The notes under the pieces: model-generated
The model's database searches: none
Told to the model about the DNA's origin: nothing
Seen by the model: only the letters and a program-made list of their open reading frames with translations
In this document: positions 36,100-49,357 of the stretch, in pieces
Layout: every line of letters begins with the position of its first letter
How positions within the stretch are numbered: the stretch's first letter is position 1
Source of the DNA: Squalus acanthias
Taxonomy: Eukaryota
DNA length: 64,000 nt
Direction of reading: 5' to 3'
NCBI GenBank assembly: GCA_030390025.1
Contig: CM059433.1
Coordinates: forward strand, 19,408,001-19,472,000
Translations under genes and position numbers: made by a program

Positions 36100-36480
36100 T
36101 CATACCTTAGAAAGGATATATTGGCTTTGGAGGGAGTGCAGCGCAGATATACCTGGACTCCAAGGGTTAAATTACAAGGAGAGATTACATAAACTAGGGT
36201 TATATTCGCTGGAATTTAGAAAGTTAAATGGCGATCTGATCAATTTTTTCAAGATATTAAGGGGCACTGACAGGGTTGATAGAGAGAAACTGTTTCTGCT
36301 GGTTGGGGAGTCTAAGGACTAGGGGACATAGCCTAAAAGTGAGAGCCAGGCCTTTCAGGAGTGAAGTTAGGAAACATTTCTAGGGTGGTAGAAGTTTGGA
36401 ACTCTCTTCCGCAAACAGCAGTTCATGCCAGGTCAATTGTTAATTTTAAATTTGAGATTGATAGATTTTTGTTAACTTGT
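36100..36480 (+). mobile_element. Old CR1 3' fragment
   Basis: Degenerate RKDILALEGVQRR, LYSLEFR and RVVEVWNSLP. Confidence 0.7.
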
Positions 36481-37100
36481 ACTTGAAACAGTACAAGTAG
36501 GTGTGTTTCAAGAAAGGTATAAATGTGAAATTAAACACTCTTTCAGACGAACTCAGCATTGGGAATAGCCTGGATTGGTGAAGCTCCTCGCTCCCGATGA
36601 ATCATCTACAGGTGAGTGTATAGACCTATAGTTTGCTTATATTCGTCATCTATGCTGTCTTATGAAATATGTCAAGTTGATCTGACTCCTGGGTCTTTAA
36701 CATTTACTTACAGAGTGTGCATCACTTTGCAACAATAACCAGATGAAAGCTTTTTCTGCTCCGCTCAAGCAATGTGCCTCAACTCCAACCTCAGAAGAGC
36801 AACGCCTACTCAATCAGTGTGAGGTTTTTCACTTCCAGCACCTGCCAATCTTTGTGGCCTCTCACAGAGAAATTGCCACATTAAAGGCAGTTCTACTTGT
36901 GGACGCACACCCGCTGAGAGCTACCTTGAGACAGCCCAAGTTCAATTCATGAATGATACTTACAACAGGAAAAGAAAACAAATACAACGTTAACAACCCA
37001 AATAGATATTAGAAATTATGAGATCTTTTATTTTCCCTTCAAAGTAGTAAGTATATGGAATAGACAGTCAGCAATAACTATTAATGCTGTACTGATTATT

Positions 37101-37860
37101 GGACCAGATTTGCTGAAAAAATAACGGCGTCTGAATGGCCATTATTAATACATAAATCGGCCAGCATCTTTTAGCAAGAAAGAGATACCCTGTGAATTGC
37201 GAATCGCCACAAGATTCCGGCCGATTTGCACTGCACTGCCGTTAGCTTTGTGAAAACAGCATCTCGCCCTTAACCTCCCCGTGATTTTCATGAAGTTGCT
37301 GCATTTGCACATTAATTACCTGTTAAACTCACCACAGAAAGGTAAGTCCAGTAATTAACGGCATAAGTACCCTTTTAACAACGTTATAATTATTAATGAC
37401 TGCCAATCAACCTCTCTTGTCCAGAAAGTAGACAATTACAAGTGTGGAGTCTCATTCCTTCAGGTTGTGAATTGTTTGAGGAGCTTTGAAAAATGTCAAA
37501 TTTTAAATTTTACTTTTTTTCTTACTTTTCCTTTCTGTCTCCTTTTGTCTCTCTCTTAATCCAATCTTTCTTTTCCTCTCCTTATTTCTCTTTCTGTACC
37601 GGATTTGACGTTGAATTCACCCACTCTAATTCACCCACCTTCTCAGTCCTTTCTCTGTTTATTTCTCAAACCTTTAATCTCATTGGTTAAGGAGATTCAC
37701 TGTTTGTCCCATTGTTCACCAAGGTCCCAGATGCCCTGTTTCTCTCGCTGCACTGTTAACAGCTCGCACTTGCAGCAACTTTGTGGGCAAAAAATGTTAA
37801 AACTTAAAACGTGCACAATCAAGTCTAACTAATGGGGCACACTCCAGCAAAACCTGGCCC
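37101..37860. mobile_element. ~760-bp non-autonomous Harbinger-like element
   Basis: Ends ggaccagatttgctg / cagcaaaacctggccc, flanks att/aat; colinear similarity to 42444-43173. Confidence 0.72.
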
Positions 37861-38129
37861 AATATCTTTTAGGAAACAGGTGCATAAAAATGTTTAAACA
37901 TTGAAGGCTGTAATGCGAAAGACAGATTTAGAGGGTCTGATAACATGTGCCATCTGCAAAATGCAACCGATTAGGATTAGCATGGGTTGTAAGATTAGTG
38001 TTATTCTGGAGTTTTGTTTAATTACCTTTGGGTGTTGAGAAGACATTTTACAGCACTTTATATTGGAGATTTTATTTGTGATTGAACAGAAACTTGAAAA
38101 GTTGTGACTTTTTTTTACTAAATCGGTGA

Positions 38130-38500
38130 AAGTTAAGGGATTACCTGATAGAGATCTTCAAAACTGTAAACAGTTATGATAAGGTACATAGTAATAGATT
38201 GTTTCCACTGATCGGTGAGCTGTTAATAAGAGGGCACAAAGTTAAGGCAATCATAAAAAAATTAAAAAGGGAGGATAGAAAAAAGTTCTTCATAGGATGA
38301 TTGGAATGTGGAATTCTTTGCCGCAAGCTGTTGAATCAAAGTCCGTAAATTATTTTAAGAGAATCAGATATTTGATTGAAAAGGAGGAACATTAAAGGTT
38401 ATGGGAAGCAAGCAGCAACATGGGATTAGACAAGGTGGGTCATGTGGCATAAAAACAGACCACATGGCTGTTTCTGTGCTGTAACAGTCTTTGATTCTGT
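38130..38500 (+). mobile_element. Very old CR1 3' fragment
   Basis: Degenerate RLFPL..RGHK and IGMWNSLP. Confidence 0.5.
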
Positions 38501-39509
38501 GATTGGCCAGAAAAGATTTTGTAGTTTGGGCAAAGCCCATAATTGAGCAGATTGTATAATACCTATTGGAGAGAATAGGGTTGATGGTACAAATGGTTTT
38601 TTTCTAACTCTGCAGTTTCAGTAATTCAGATTATGTATTTTATTGTCTGGGTCAAGGTTCTTCGGTTTATTGATATTCAGCAGATAATTCTTGTCAGACT
38701 ACACCAGCACTGTAACAAACTTATTTTTATATCACTCTTCATTTATTTATATTTCTGATCCAGTTAGGTCTCCCCAGGTCTCACACCATTCCTTAGCCAA
38801 GAGGGTCAGTCAGGCAACCAAACCTAGGCTTGTGTCAATGCTGCCCCGAATTGTCTGTTAGTATGTAGACAAGAATGGTTATCAGTAATTTAACTCACAG
38901 TTGTTCCTTCCCAGCCTGTGCAGAAACCCTTTGGGACAATTTCTGTTTCCATTACACTCCGTGTGAACCAGTTTATGTGGTGTAATGGAGCAGTAAAGTT
39001 GGAGGAAAGATGTACTGCTAGATTTCTGCTGACTTTGTGCTGCGCATGTACTTTCTCACTTTAAAAACTGGTTTTGATGGGCACCCAATTTCCTGATGTT
39101 CCGGTGTACATAATGCAAGCTGCTGTTCATCTCAATATAAAGTACTTGTCCAAAGTTGCTAGGCGCTGAGCTATTTATGAATGTAAGTTTACAGTGCACG
39201 CAAGAAGATTCAGTGAACAATTTTCAGGTCATTTCCCTGCCATTTTTCCTCTTTTTATTTTTTGTGCTGGTGCTGTGGTTTTCAGGACCCTTCATGCCAA
39301 TTGTTCTGCAGCTGCCTTTTTTAGCCTAGATCTCCAATAGTGGCACAATCGGTGTCCCATTGATAATCCTCCTGTAGCTGAGCTTTGGGAGGAGGAGAGG
39401 AGCAATGGGGGCGGTGGGAAGCTAAGCAACTGACATTTCAGCACATGAAGACTGTGCCCACCTGCTGTTACCCTCCTTCCCACGAACAACGACAGAGAAA
39501 GCAGGAAAG

Positions 39510-39915
39510 AAATAATTTGCATTTATATACTGCATTTCCCATCTGCAGGACATCTCAAAACACTTCACAACCCATTAATTACTTTTGAAGTATAGTCACT
39601 GCTGTTTAGACAAACGTGGCAGTCAATCTGCACACAGCAAGGTCCTAAAAACAGCAATGAGATAAATCCATTAGTCTGTTTTGGTGGTGTTGGATGAGGG
39701 ATAAATGTTGTTGGCCAGGATATACTCCCCTGCACTTCTATGACTAGTGCCAAGAGATCTTTTATGCCCACCTAAATATGTGGCTTTAGTTTAACATCTC
39801 ATCTGAAAGACAGCACCTCCGGTAATGCAGCACTGCCTCATAAGTAAGCTGAAGTGTCGGCCTAGATTATCTGTTCAAGCTCTGTGGTAGGGTTAGAGCT
39901 CATGACTTTGTCAGA
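39510..39915 (-). mobile_element. tRNA-derived Deu-type SINE
   Basis: Tail ttgcatttatatac, cacacagcaaggtcc..aacagcaatgagataa, and core tttaacatctcatctgaaagacagcacctcc shared with 55543-55970. Confidence 0.7.
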
Positions 39916-39949
39916 GGTAAGCATGAGCCATGCTTCATTTAACACTCAC

Positions 39950-40130
39950 TTGCCTAGATCTGTCCAAGTGTGGGTGAGTTCCAATTCATCTGGGAGGCAG
40001 TGGCAGAATTGTACCACCTGCTACAATCTGACCTGCGTCGAAACCGCAGCGCTGGCATGGCACTACCAGAGACTGAAGGTTACTTCAGCCCTTATCTTTC
40101 ATGTCTCAGGCTTATTGCAGATGTGCTGCA
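39950..40130 (+). pseudogene. Degenerate Harbinger transposase fragment
   Basis: FIWEAVAELYHLLQSDL..MALP, frameshift, then KVTSALIFHVSG; parallels the 34.4-kb transposase. Confidence 0.6.
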
Positions 40131-41066
40131 CTACTTTTCAATGTGGCGGGTATCCTGGAATGTCAAAGAGACCAATCCTTCTCAGATCCATCTCAGGCAT
40201 CATAGCATCCATTTTGCCAGCCACAAAGCATTGCCTACCACATCATCACCTGCACAACAATAACAACTTGTACGTATATATAGCACCTTTAATGTAGTAA
40301 AACCTTCCAAGACGCGTCACAGGAGCGTTATAAAACAAAATTTGACACCGAACCACATAAGGAGATATTAGAGACAGTGCAGGGGTCGAGAGAGGTGGTG
40401 GTGAGGTAGAGCTGGGTGTCATCAGCATACGTGTACACTGTACATGTACAGCGTACACTTGCCCTCTAACTGTGTCTGGTACCTCCATATTGGGTTTCCT
40501 CTTCCCCTTCAGTATTGCAAAAGGCAGCAATCAGGTTGAAATTTCTTTATACCTTTAAAACTACTGTAAGAATTTTTGTTGCCCGCCCACCGCCGCCCCC
40601 CCCCACCCACCCATGCTGCTTCTTCCCTTTAAGTGGCTGCCGCCTTTAAGTTTAATCCACTTGGCTACATACCTACACATATCCAAATCTGCACTTGGAG
40701 CTGTGAATAATTATGCAAATAAGCTGACAGGAAAATTGCATGGTTTTAGCACATTACCATTCTGTCTGGATTGGCACTCGTTCTTAACCTTTCGGGACTG
40801 AAATACAGTAGTACAGGAAAATCAGCCCCATATCTTTGCTTTACATCATTCTGTGACAGCATGAAAAAAATAGAAATTTACCAGATGAAAAACAAATGGG
40901 TCTAAAGTAAACTGACATTCTACTCCTCCCTGGCATAGTGTACTGCGCTGTCAGTGTGGCAAGTTTCAACGTCAATGTATTCGCATATCTTCATGTAAAT
41001 GCACTCCATTAAAGAAAAGTCTTGATAAATTTGAACAAATATAATGAAGTAGATGGATATTCAGAG

Positions 41067-41815
41067 GAACATAGGAACAGGAGTAGGTCATTGAGTCCCT
41101 TGAGCCTGCTCCGCCATTCAATGAGAGCGTGGCTGATCTGCGGCCTAGCTCCATATACCCGCCTTTGGCCCATATCCCTTGGCTATCAATTGCCAATTGG
41201 GAGTGTAGCTCAGTGGCAGAGCATTTGACTGCAGATCAACAGGTCCCTGGTTAAAATCCAGGTACCCCGTAGCCTTCTTAAAGTGCTTCCTGTTGGGAGT
41301 CTCTGCAGTAAGTCTGTCTTACCTGCATCTGCAGGACTGTTGCTTAATTGTGAGTTATGTCTGCAGCCAATTGTGGTGCAAACTACATTGAGGCCTCATG
41401 TGATGTATCACATGTGCTGGAAGTGGTGGCTTTTTAAGTGGAGATTTAATAGAGGTGTTCAAAATTATGAGGAGTTCTGACAGAGTAAATATGGAGAAAC
41501 TGTTTGCACAGGCGGGTGGGTCGGTAACCAGCCGACGAGCATTTAAGATAATTGGCTAAAGAAACAGAGAGGAGTAGAGGAGAAACTTTTTTATGCAGTA
41601 AGTTGTTATGATCTGGAATGCACGGCCTGAAAATGAGGTGGAAGCAGATTCAATTGTAACTTTCAAAAAGGGAATTTTCTATATATATGAAAAGGAAAAA
41701 TTTGCACGGCGATGAGGAAAGAGCAGGGGAGTGGGACTTATTGGATAGCTCTTTCAAAGGGCTGGCACAGGCATGATATGGCCTCCTTCCATACTGTAAG
41801 ATTCTACGATTCTAT
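41067..41815. mobile_element. CR1 3' fragments (41067-41180 minus; ~41440-41815 plus)
   Basis: ggaacataggaacaggagtagg tail; degenerate IEVFKIM and IWNA with tail attctacgattctatgat. Confidence 0.65.
41199..41270 (+). pseudogene. tRNA-Cys(GCA) pseudogene
   Basis: 72 nt GGGAGTGTAGCTCAGTGGCAGAGCATTTGACTGCAGATCAACAGGTCCCTGGTTAAAATCCAGGTACCCCGT. Two acceptor-stem mismatches, T-loop TTA instead of TTC, no T-run terminator. Confidence 0.88.
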
Positions 41816-42443
41816 GATATGACAATATACACGGTGACATTTAGCAAAATGATGCAAATGCCTACAAGAGAAAATTCTCATTTTAGGAACCATTACTGTT
41901 TTCAATTAATAGATATTCATACACATATAGATTGTACAATAAACTAAGAATATTTCTGTACTGATTGCCTTGTCAACAATATGTTGTTTACTGAGTTTAT
42001 TTGAATCTGAATTTACGAGCAGAAAGTTGTGTTCATATCCCATTCACCACTAGAGGTAGCTGTTACAACCTGTAATGATGTACAAGCTCTATAAATAGCT
42101 TCTTTGAGAATAAGTTGGATAAACAAGCTTTGGTTCCAGCCAATGTGACAGCGAACCAATCTTTCAGGAAAAACTTGATTAGCATATCTCCAATAACACC
42201 AAGAGCTGTCAGTGTTTTCACGTGAAGGGGGTTTTGTTCTTGTTGAGCAACATGCTGAGCTATGAAGAAACTCGTTCATGGCCTCTATTTATTCCCAGAG
42301 GGGTTCTCTACGGCCAAGTACAGGATACCAACATAGTATTTCAGAGGAGACATTATCTTCTGTTTCATCTGAACATTTATTTTTCATTTGAAGAAACATT
42401 TCAAGTCTAAAACTAAACATGAAAAATCTTCCCACAATATAAT

Positions 42444-43173
42444 GGCTGCATCTAATCAGTGAATAATACAGTAATTCGCATACAATTATTAATGTATAAA
42501 TCGGCCAGCAACCTATTGTGAGGAAGAGATGCCCCGTGAATTGCGAATCGCCACAAGTTGCTGGACTATTTACACCAGTCCACTGTTAGCTTCGCGAAAT
42601 CGACATCTCACACTTAACCTCCCCGTGAGTTTCATGGCGTTGCTGCATTTGCACATTAATTGCCCATTAAACGAAGAAAGTTATGTCTAGTAATTAACAG
42701 CGTAAGTACCCTTTTAACAACGTGATAATTGTTAGTGACTGCCAATCAACCTCTCTGGCCCAGAAAATTAACAATTGAAAGTGTGGCGTCTCATTTCCTC
42801 AGGTAATGAATTGTTGTTGGAGATTTTAAAAATGTAAAATTTTAAACTTTTTTCTTTCGGTCTCTCTCTTAATCCAATCTTTTTTTCCCCTCTCTTTATT
42901 TCTCTTTCTGTACCTGATTGGATATTGAATTCACCCATTCTAATTCTCCCTCCTTCTCAGTACTTCCTCTGTTCATTTCTCAATCCTTAAATCTCATTGG
43001 TTAAGGCGAAACCCTGTTGGTCCTATCATTTGCCAAGGTCCCGGATTCCCTTTTGCCCTCACCATGCCGTTATAAGCTCACATTTCTAGGAACTTTGCGG
43101 ACAAAAAGTTTTTGAGCTGAAGGGTGCAGGAACAAGTCTAACTAACTGGGCATGCTCCAGCAAATTTTGGGCC
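42444..43173. mobile_element. ~730-bp non-autonomous Harbinger-like element, paralog of 37101-37860
   Basis: Shared blocks such as taaatcggccagca, gaattgcgaatcgccacaag, gactgccaatcaacctctc; right end cagcaaattttgggcc. Confidence 0.72.
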
Positions 43174-43480
43174 ATTATGTGAAAGTTAGAAAGCTAACAT
43201 TTTGATTTCTGCTTATATAAATGATTAGTCATCAGCACAAGAGGAATGATATCAAGGTTTGCTGATGATACCAAATTAAGGGCATGGCAAACTGAAAAAG
43301 AATGCAAAATATTGCAGGAACATATTACTGGAGTGGGCAGTGGGTAGTTGCAGTTCAATGCAGAGAATTGCAAAGTAATACATTATCAGAAACAGAACAG
43401 TGGGAAAAAAAAGTATACCCTGAACAGTAAAGTTCTTAACAGTGTGGAAGAATAGAGAGATCTTGGGGTATAGTTACAAA

Positions 43481-44190
43481 GGGAGCAAAATTGGGTGCAT
43501 TTGCACATCCCGTTAGCGCCCCCTGGCTGAGCGTGGCGCTGACATCGACTCCCGCCATATTCGGTGGGAGTTTTGTGGTGGCATTGCGCCCTGATCTCCT
43601 TCGCCCGGAGATCGTGACGTCACCGCCGTGCGCCTCGCCCCGGTAGCGCCCCGGACCTGAAATTGACTTCCGCCCCCTGCAGCAGCGCCAGGCAAAAGCA
43701 CCGACAGCTGCAGGAGGCGTGCATCGGGCGGCCGGCCGCTTCGGGGACAATGATTAAAGGTGAGGTGGCCGAGGTAAGTAACAAACAACTTACCTTTGTT
43801 GTTCCAGTTTTTTTCGCAGGTTCCCGCCCGCGATCGATCAATCTGCTTGAGTGCCAGGCTGATCGCACGGGATCGCGGCTGCCTTGGTGGTCCAGGTAGG
43901 TACTTTTTATATTGCAGAGCCTGCAGCGACGGCCCTTCCCTTTATGGGAGGGAAAGAGCCTTTGAACGCGGCAGCGCTGCACGGCCCAGTGTGCAGCGCT
44001 GCTGAAGTCTCCGCCCCGCCTGCTGCCGATTGCGCTCCAAGAAGGAAGTGGAGCTTGATTTAGCTCTCCACTCCTTTCCTGGAGTGCAAAACCAGATTTT
44101 TAAAAAGTTTAGTAACATTAGCACCTGGTGCTAATTTTCTCAACTTTAAAAGTTAGTGCGCCAAACGGGGCTGTAATGAATTTCTCCCCC
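43481..44190. mobile_element. 710-bp GC-rich non-autonomous Harbinger-like element inside an old CR1-like fragment
   Basis: Ends gggagcaaaatt / aatttctccccc, TSD AAA, CpG-rich. Confidence 0.7.
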
Positions 44191-44399
44191 AAAGACTTTT
44201 AAAGATGAAGCGTAGCTAGAGTACACCAGATGTGCCTTGGGCCAACCCATTCCAGTGCAGGGATTGTTTCCTGCGCCAGTTCGCGCGAACAGGTTGGCGC
44301 AAACCAATTTCTAGGCCAATAGGTTTCTAAGCTGGCAAAGGTGTTTGTGCAGCTGAACCCTTAGGCTCCTGAATGAGATCCCCTTGATGTTGTTCAGTG

Positions 44400-44900
44400 C
44401 CCTTCTGCTGCAAGTTGATTCCTCGTTGAAGATCAAAATGACGGTACATGCAGCAAACGATGATAATGATTCATGACACTTTGGCTGTTCTGTGTTGTAG
44501 GATTTTCCCCTTATCTGTAAAAGCATTGGAATCTTTGTGTCGTCATTCCTATAGTGTGCTCGATGATAGCTCTGATGACGATGGTGTGTATTTCATTTTA
44601 CCTGTGCTCAGCGGTTGTACAGGGCTGATGTAGAGGTGTCACGAGCTGTAGTTAGAGAGGTTAGCTTTAGTCTCTTGGAAGCCAATCTTGCACTTTTCGA
44701 TGTGGGTCAAATTTTGTGCAGATGGTCGCAAACCACATTGATAAAATGGTAGTACTTTCAGTGTATGGGAAAAGAAGTGCTACAAGTGTGTAGTAAATGA
44801 TGCTCTTGACTTTACGGAATGTAACCATTCAGATCTTGATAGCCACTGGCAGCGCCATGCCTGTGTTGGAGATTGGTGGGAGGCAAGATGTGGCATAACT
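44400..44900 (-). pseudogene. Degenerate Harbinger transposase remnant
   Basis: Minus strand gives MALPVAIKI (~44830-44860) and LVTPLHQP.T.AEHR*NEIH...RAIIEHTIGM..QRFQC (~44520-44650), matching the DDE_Tnp_4 C-terminal pattern. Confidence 0.65.
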
Positions 44901-46175
44901 CTGTCACCATCTCCCTGATGAATCTAAGCCTTCACATCCATTGTTCTTCAGACAAGGCCAGTTAAGTCCACTGTTGCTGATAGATGTGGTTGGAAGAGCA
45001 ATGGCGGGTAGGAGCTCTCTTTCAAAATGCAACATCAGCTCCCTTTCATCCATGAGTTCATCTTCATCCTCCACTTCTTTCTTAAAGTAGCGCAAATAAA
45101 GTGAGATTCCGATAGGAATTTCAATGGAAATGAAAATTGGGAGAGATGTGTAATGGGCAGCTGATCCGATATTGCCCGTTTTACATTTTCGCCCAAAGTC
45201 AAATTTATCCCCATGGGGAGTAGCCATGATTGCCTCAGAAGCAGAGATAGCAGACACAGTAGATGCACAGAAGAGCAGATGTGACATAACACGAGGCAGA
45301 GAGAGTGGCTTAATTAGGAGCAAAAAGAGTGACTGCCTGGGAAAACAGATTGTCTTTATATAGATGAGAGGTATTGAGAGTGGAAGGCTTAGCTGGGGTA
45401 GTGAGGTTGCAATTGTGTGAACACCTGAAAAATATCAGGACCTAAGATTTGCTGAACAATGTAAGCTTTAGGGAAGCAACGTGGTTCAAGCCCATGACTC
45501 TGAGGGAGGTTAGCCCTCTGGGGATCCCCTATTGGATGGATTGCTAACAGGATTGGGCAATTTTATGGTTAACTTTAAATATTGCCAGTCCAAGTACAAC
45601 AACAATAAGTACTCTATTCTCTGTGTTTGGAGATGCTACATGTTCTGCAGCACATCAAGGATTTGATGAATGCATTACATTCATAAATTGTACTCAGTCA
45701 GAACTGCAACTTCAAATGGCAAATGTCTCGCGTGCCCTTTTTAGACAGTGGTATTTTCTCTACTTCCTTTCAGGGTGTGGAACATTTTACAGTCTGCCTC
45801 CCACTCCCATGTACGGTGAAGTCTGATTTCACTCTGTCAGTAATGTTCTGCCATAGTCTTTGTGTCATAACCATTTTTTGTTGGCCTACCCCGCCCCACC
45901 TGCCATTTCAAAAATTGTGGCCCAGTTATCTAGGATGCCATCTATCAGGACATCGAGGTTCCGGTCCATTATATATGCTTTGCGAGTTCTCGGCTTCTCT
46001 GCCATAACTTTTGAATTTGTGCACTCCACAGCTGGCCTGACAAATACTTCACAATTTGTGCAGTTAGAATGACTATTTAGTCACTAAAGAGTATAAAAAC
46101 TCTATTAAAGGTAAATGCACATTCACCAGTACATTTGTGCTAATATCAGTGATTCAAATATAATATGGATGAAGC

Positions 46176-47100
46176 AACAACAACAGCTTACATTTATTTG
46201 GCGCCTTTAACGCAGTAAAACGTCCCACATCGCTTGACAGGAGCGGAACCAGTCAAAAATTTATATCGAGCCAAAGAAGGAGAAATTGGGACAGATGACG
46301 AGATAGGTTTTAAGGAGCATCTTAAAGGAGGAAAGAGAGGAAAGGTGGAGAGGATTACAGAGGGAATTCCAGAGCTTAGGGTTTAGAGGGCTGAAGGCAC
46401 AGCCACCAATGCTGGGGTAAAGGAAATGGGGATGCACAAGAGGCCAGAATTGGAGGAACTCAGAGTTCTTGGAGTGTTATAGTGCTGGAGGAGGTTACAG
46501 AGATAGGGAGGGGCGAGGTGATGGAGGGATTTCAACACAGGGATAAGAATTTTAAAATTGAAGCATTGGTGGAGCAGGAGCCAATGTAGGTCAGTGAGCA
46601 CAGGGGTAATGGGTGAACGGGACTTGGTGCAAGTTAAGATCCAGGCAGCAGAATTTTGATTGCGCTTAAGTTTATTGGGGGTGGAAGATGGGAGGCTGAC
46701 CAGGAGAGCATTGGAATATTTGAGTCTGGGGGAAACAAAAGGCATGGATGAGGGTTTCAGCAGCAGATGGGCTGAGGCAGGGGCGGAGATGGGCGATATT
46801 ATGGAGGTGGAAGTAGGTGGTCTTGGTGATGGAGACGATATGGGGTTGGAAGCTCAGCTCAGGGTCAACTAGGGCGCTGAGGTTGCTAACAGTCTGGTTC
46901 AGCCCGAGACAGTGGCCAGGGAGAAGGATGGAGTCAGTGATGATGGAACAGAGTTCGTGGCGGGGGCCAAAGACAATGGTTTCGGTCTTCCCAATGTTTA
47001 ATTGGAGGAAATTTCAGCTCATCCAGGACTGGATATTGGATAAGCAGTTTGACAACACGGATGCAGTGGAAGGGTCGAGGGAGGTGGTGGTGAGGTAGAA
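46176..47100 (-). mobile_element. L2-clade LINE 3' part
   Basis: ORFs 46383-46745 (SRLKYSNALL, PITPVLTDLHWL) and CLSNIQSWMS; caacaacaac tail. Confidence 0.9.
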
Positions 47101-47189
47101 TTGCGTGTCATCCCAAAATAGTGCGGTGCCAAGATGCCATTTTAAATTTCCTCCACTAAATTTTACAAAATATGGATTATAAAAGAAAG

Positions 47190-47370
47190 AAAGACTTGCT
47201 TTTAAATAGCGCCTTTCATAAGCTAGGGATGTCCCAAAGCACTTTACAACCAATGAAGTACTTTGGAAATGTAGTCACTGCTGTAACGTAGGAAACACAG
47301 CAGCCAACTTGCGCACAGCAAGCTTCCACAAACAGCAATGAAATAAAAGGCCAGATCATCTGTCTTTTTT
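47190..47370 (-). mobile_element. Deu-type SINE 3' fragment
   Basis: aagacttgc..atagcgcctttc..gtcccaaagcactttaca..gcacagcaag, as in the other copies. Confidence 0.65.
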
Positions 47371-49109
47371 TCCTATTAAGCCGTAATCTGCATGGAAAGG
47401 AAGATATAAGTTTCATTATCACTGTACTGATGCAGGGAATTGTTCACAGCATTTATGATATTTTAGGTCACATTCCACCTGTAACCAGGTCCTGGTCTTG
47501 ATACATGTGAGCTAGACCTGGTTCTTCTTCTCACCCACAGCCTGGTATTGGTTCCATTCTCATAGCAGTTTTCAATAAAGATTTTGAATTGTCAATATAT
47601 ATCTGCTCCTTGAACCCCTGGTCCTTTGGGCTCTCTTTTCATTATCAGTCCAGTCATACTCTCTCACCAGAATATTATCAGCATGTTGATCATATTTCAT
47701 AAGAATTTCATTGCATATATTAAAGACTACAGGAATTGGGGTCAAAGATCACATATGCTGGAGGGAGTGCGTATCCCTTCTGAACAAATTCTGCTTTAAA
47801 CATTGCATGCATGTAATTCTTAATTACATTTGGAGCTGTAGTCCATTAGTTTGAAGGGGAGATCATTGGCCAGGAAACTCTTTACAAAGACTGAGGCAAT
47901 GTTTATCTACACAAAACTAATTGAATGTAAAGAGACCACATCATCTGTTTGCCGGCTGACTTATTCTGCTGGTTGAAATTTGAAAACTGTTTTTGTGCTT
48001 TATGTATGTTAAATTTTTCATAATTGTTTAGCCTGTCAAATAATGTATACTCGACAAATAAGTTTAATTTACGAGTTTACATTTTTTACTGTTCTAGCAT
48101 AGGTTCATCAAGACTATAAATACTTATCAAGAAGGTTCACGCATTTTATGAGAGGCAGAAAGAGATTCAAAGACTAGACAGATTTAATCAAAGCAGAATG
48201 GTTGAGAATGAAATGTGTGTGTTGAAAAGGTAAAAATAAATTATTAGGCATTGATATTGTAAGTCATAACATCTTCAGAAGTATTTCATGCTTGTTTCAT
48301 TTTATATGTAACATAAAGTTTCTTTTCTGTTTCATCTTCCTAATTTTGGTCTTTACTGATATCTATTGAAACTACAGGAAACATATTTTTAGGTTCAAAA
48401 GTTTTTAATGCTAATAATTTGTGAATGTTGTGCTACAAGTGTACTGTAGAGCAAGTTTTAAGGTGAATTTAAAGGATTTTTAATGGCTCCGATATTGTTC
48501 TCTGTGGTGCCTGGGGAATGATCAATTTGCAGGCACCACAGAGTGGAAAAAGGGATGAAGACCCATAACGTTGGGTATTTTTTCCCTTTACATTGCCTCG
48601 GGCATTTCCGGGGTTTCCACAAAGGGGTGACCTGCGCCTGCAAAGGTGCAAGTCAAGCAGACACATGGCAATGAAGCAGGAAGTGCATACCTGGCCTTTC
48701 CACCTCAATTTCCTGGTGTTGGGTCTTACATCTGGGATCCCTTCAGATTGCAAAAAGAGTGGGGGCCAGTCAGCAAGATGAAGAAGGTTCAAAAGGTAAG
48801 TATTGCCTTTTTTTTTGCAGGGTCCCATCAGATCTTTTGCCCAGGAGGCCTTCTAGCTGCTGTTCCCAAATAGCAGGCAGAAGACTCAGAGCCACCGGCA
48901 AGTACCACAGCTGCACACCTCTCAGACCTACAGCTGTCCCTATGTTCCTACCTCTGTTTCCTGGCACAAGGCCCTGCCAAGGGGTGGGCCTCTGCTGGAG
49001 GTGCAACGAGGCCATGAGAATGACCCAGCCCAACAAATACAGGCACTTTGAGGCCTGGACAGGTGGCACAGACTTCCAGCGTGCTCTGCCTGTCCAGCGC
49101 CCAGGTCTA

Positions 49110-49357
49110 ATCTCTCCTGCCTTCTACCCTATTACAGACATTCCATTTTGTTCTTTCCTCCCCTCCCCCCTTTCCCTGCCTTTGAACTTGCTTAAGACCT
49201 GTTACATCTCTAACCTTTTCCAGTTCTGACGAAAGGTCATTGACCTGAAACGTTAACTCTGTTTCTCTCACCACAGAGACTACCTGACCGGCTGAGTATT
49301 TCCATCTTTTTCTGTTTTTATTTCAGATTTCCAGCATCCGCAGTATCTTGATTTTGT
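49110..49357 (+). mobile_element. Penelope-like terminal repeat fragment with hammerhead motif at 49222-49258
   Basis: AGUU-CUGACGA-A-AGGUC-AUU-GACCU-GAAA-CGUU-AACU (stem I AGUU/AACU); same family as 15561-15656. Confidence 0.75.

Noticed and set aside
41199..41270. Functional tRNA-Cys gene
   Set aside because: Broken acceptor stem, altered T-loop/B box and no Pol III terminator.
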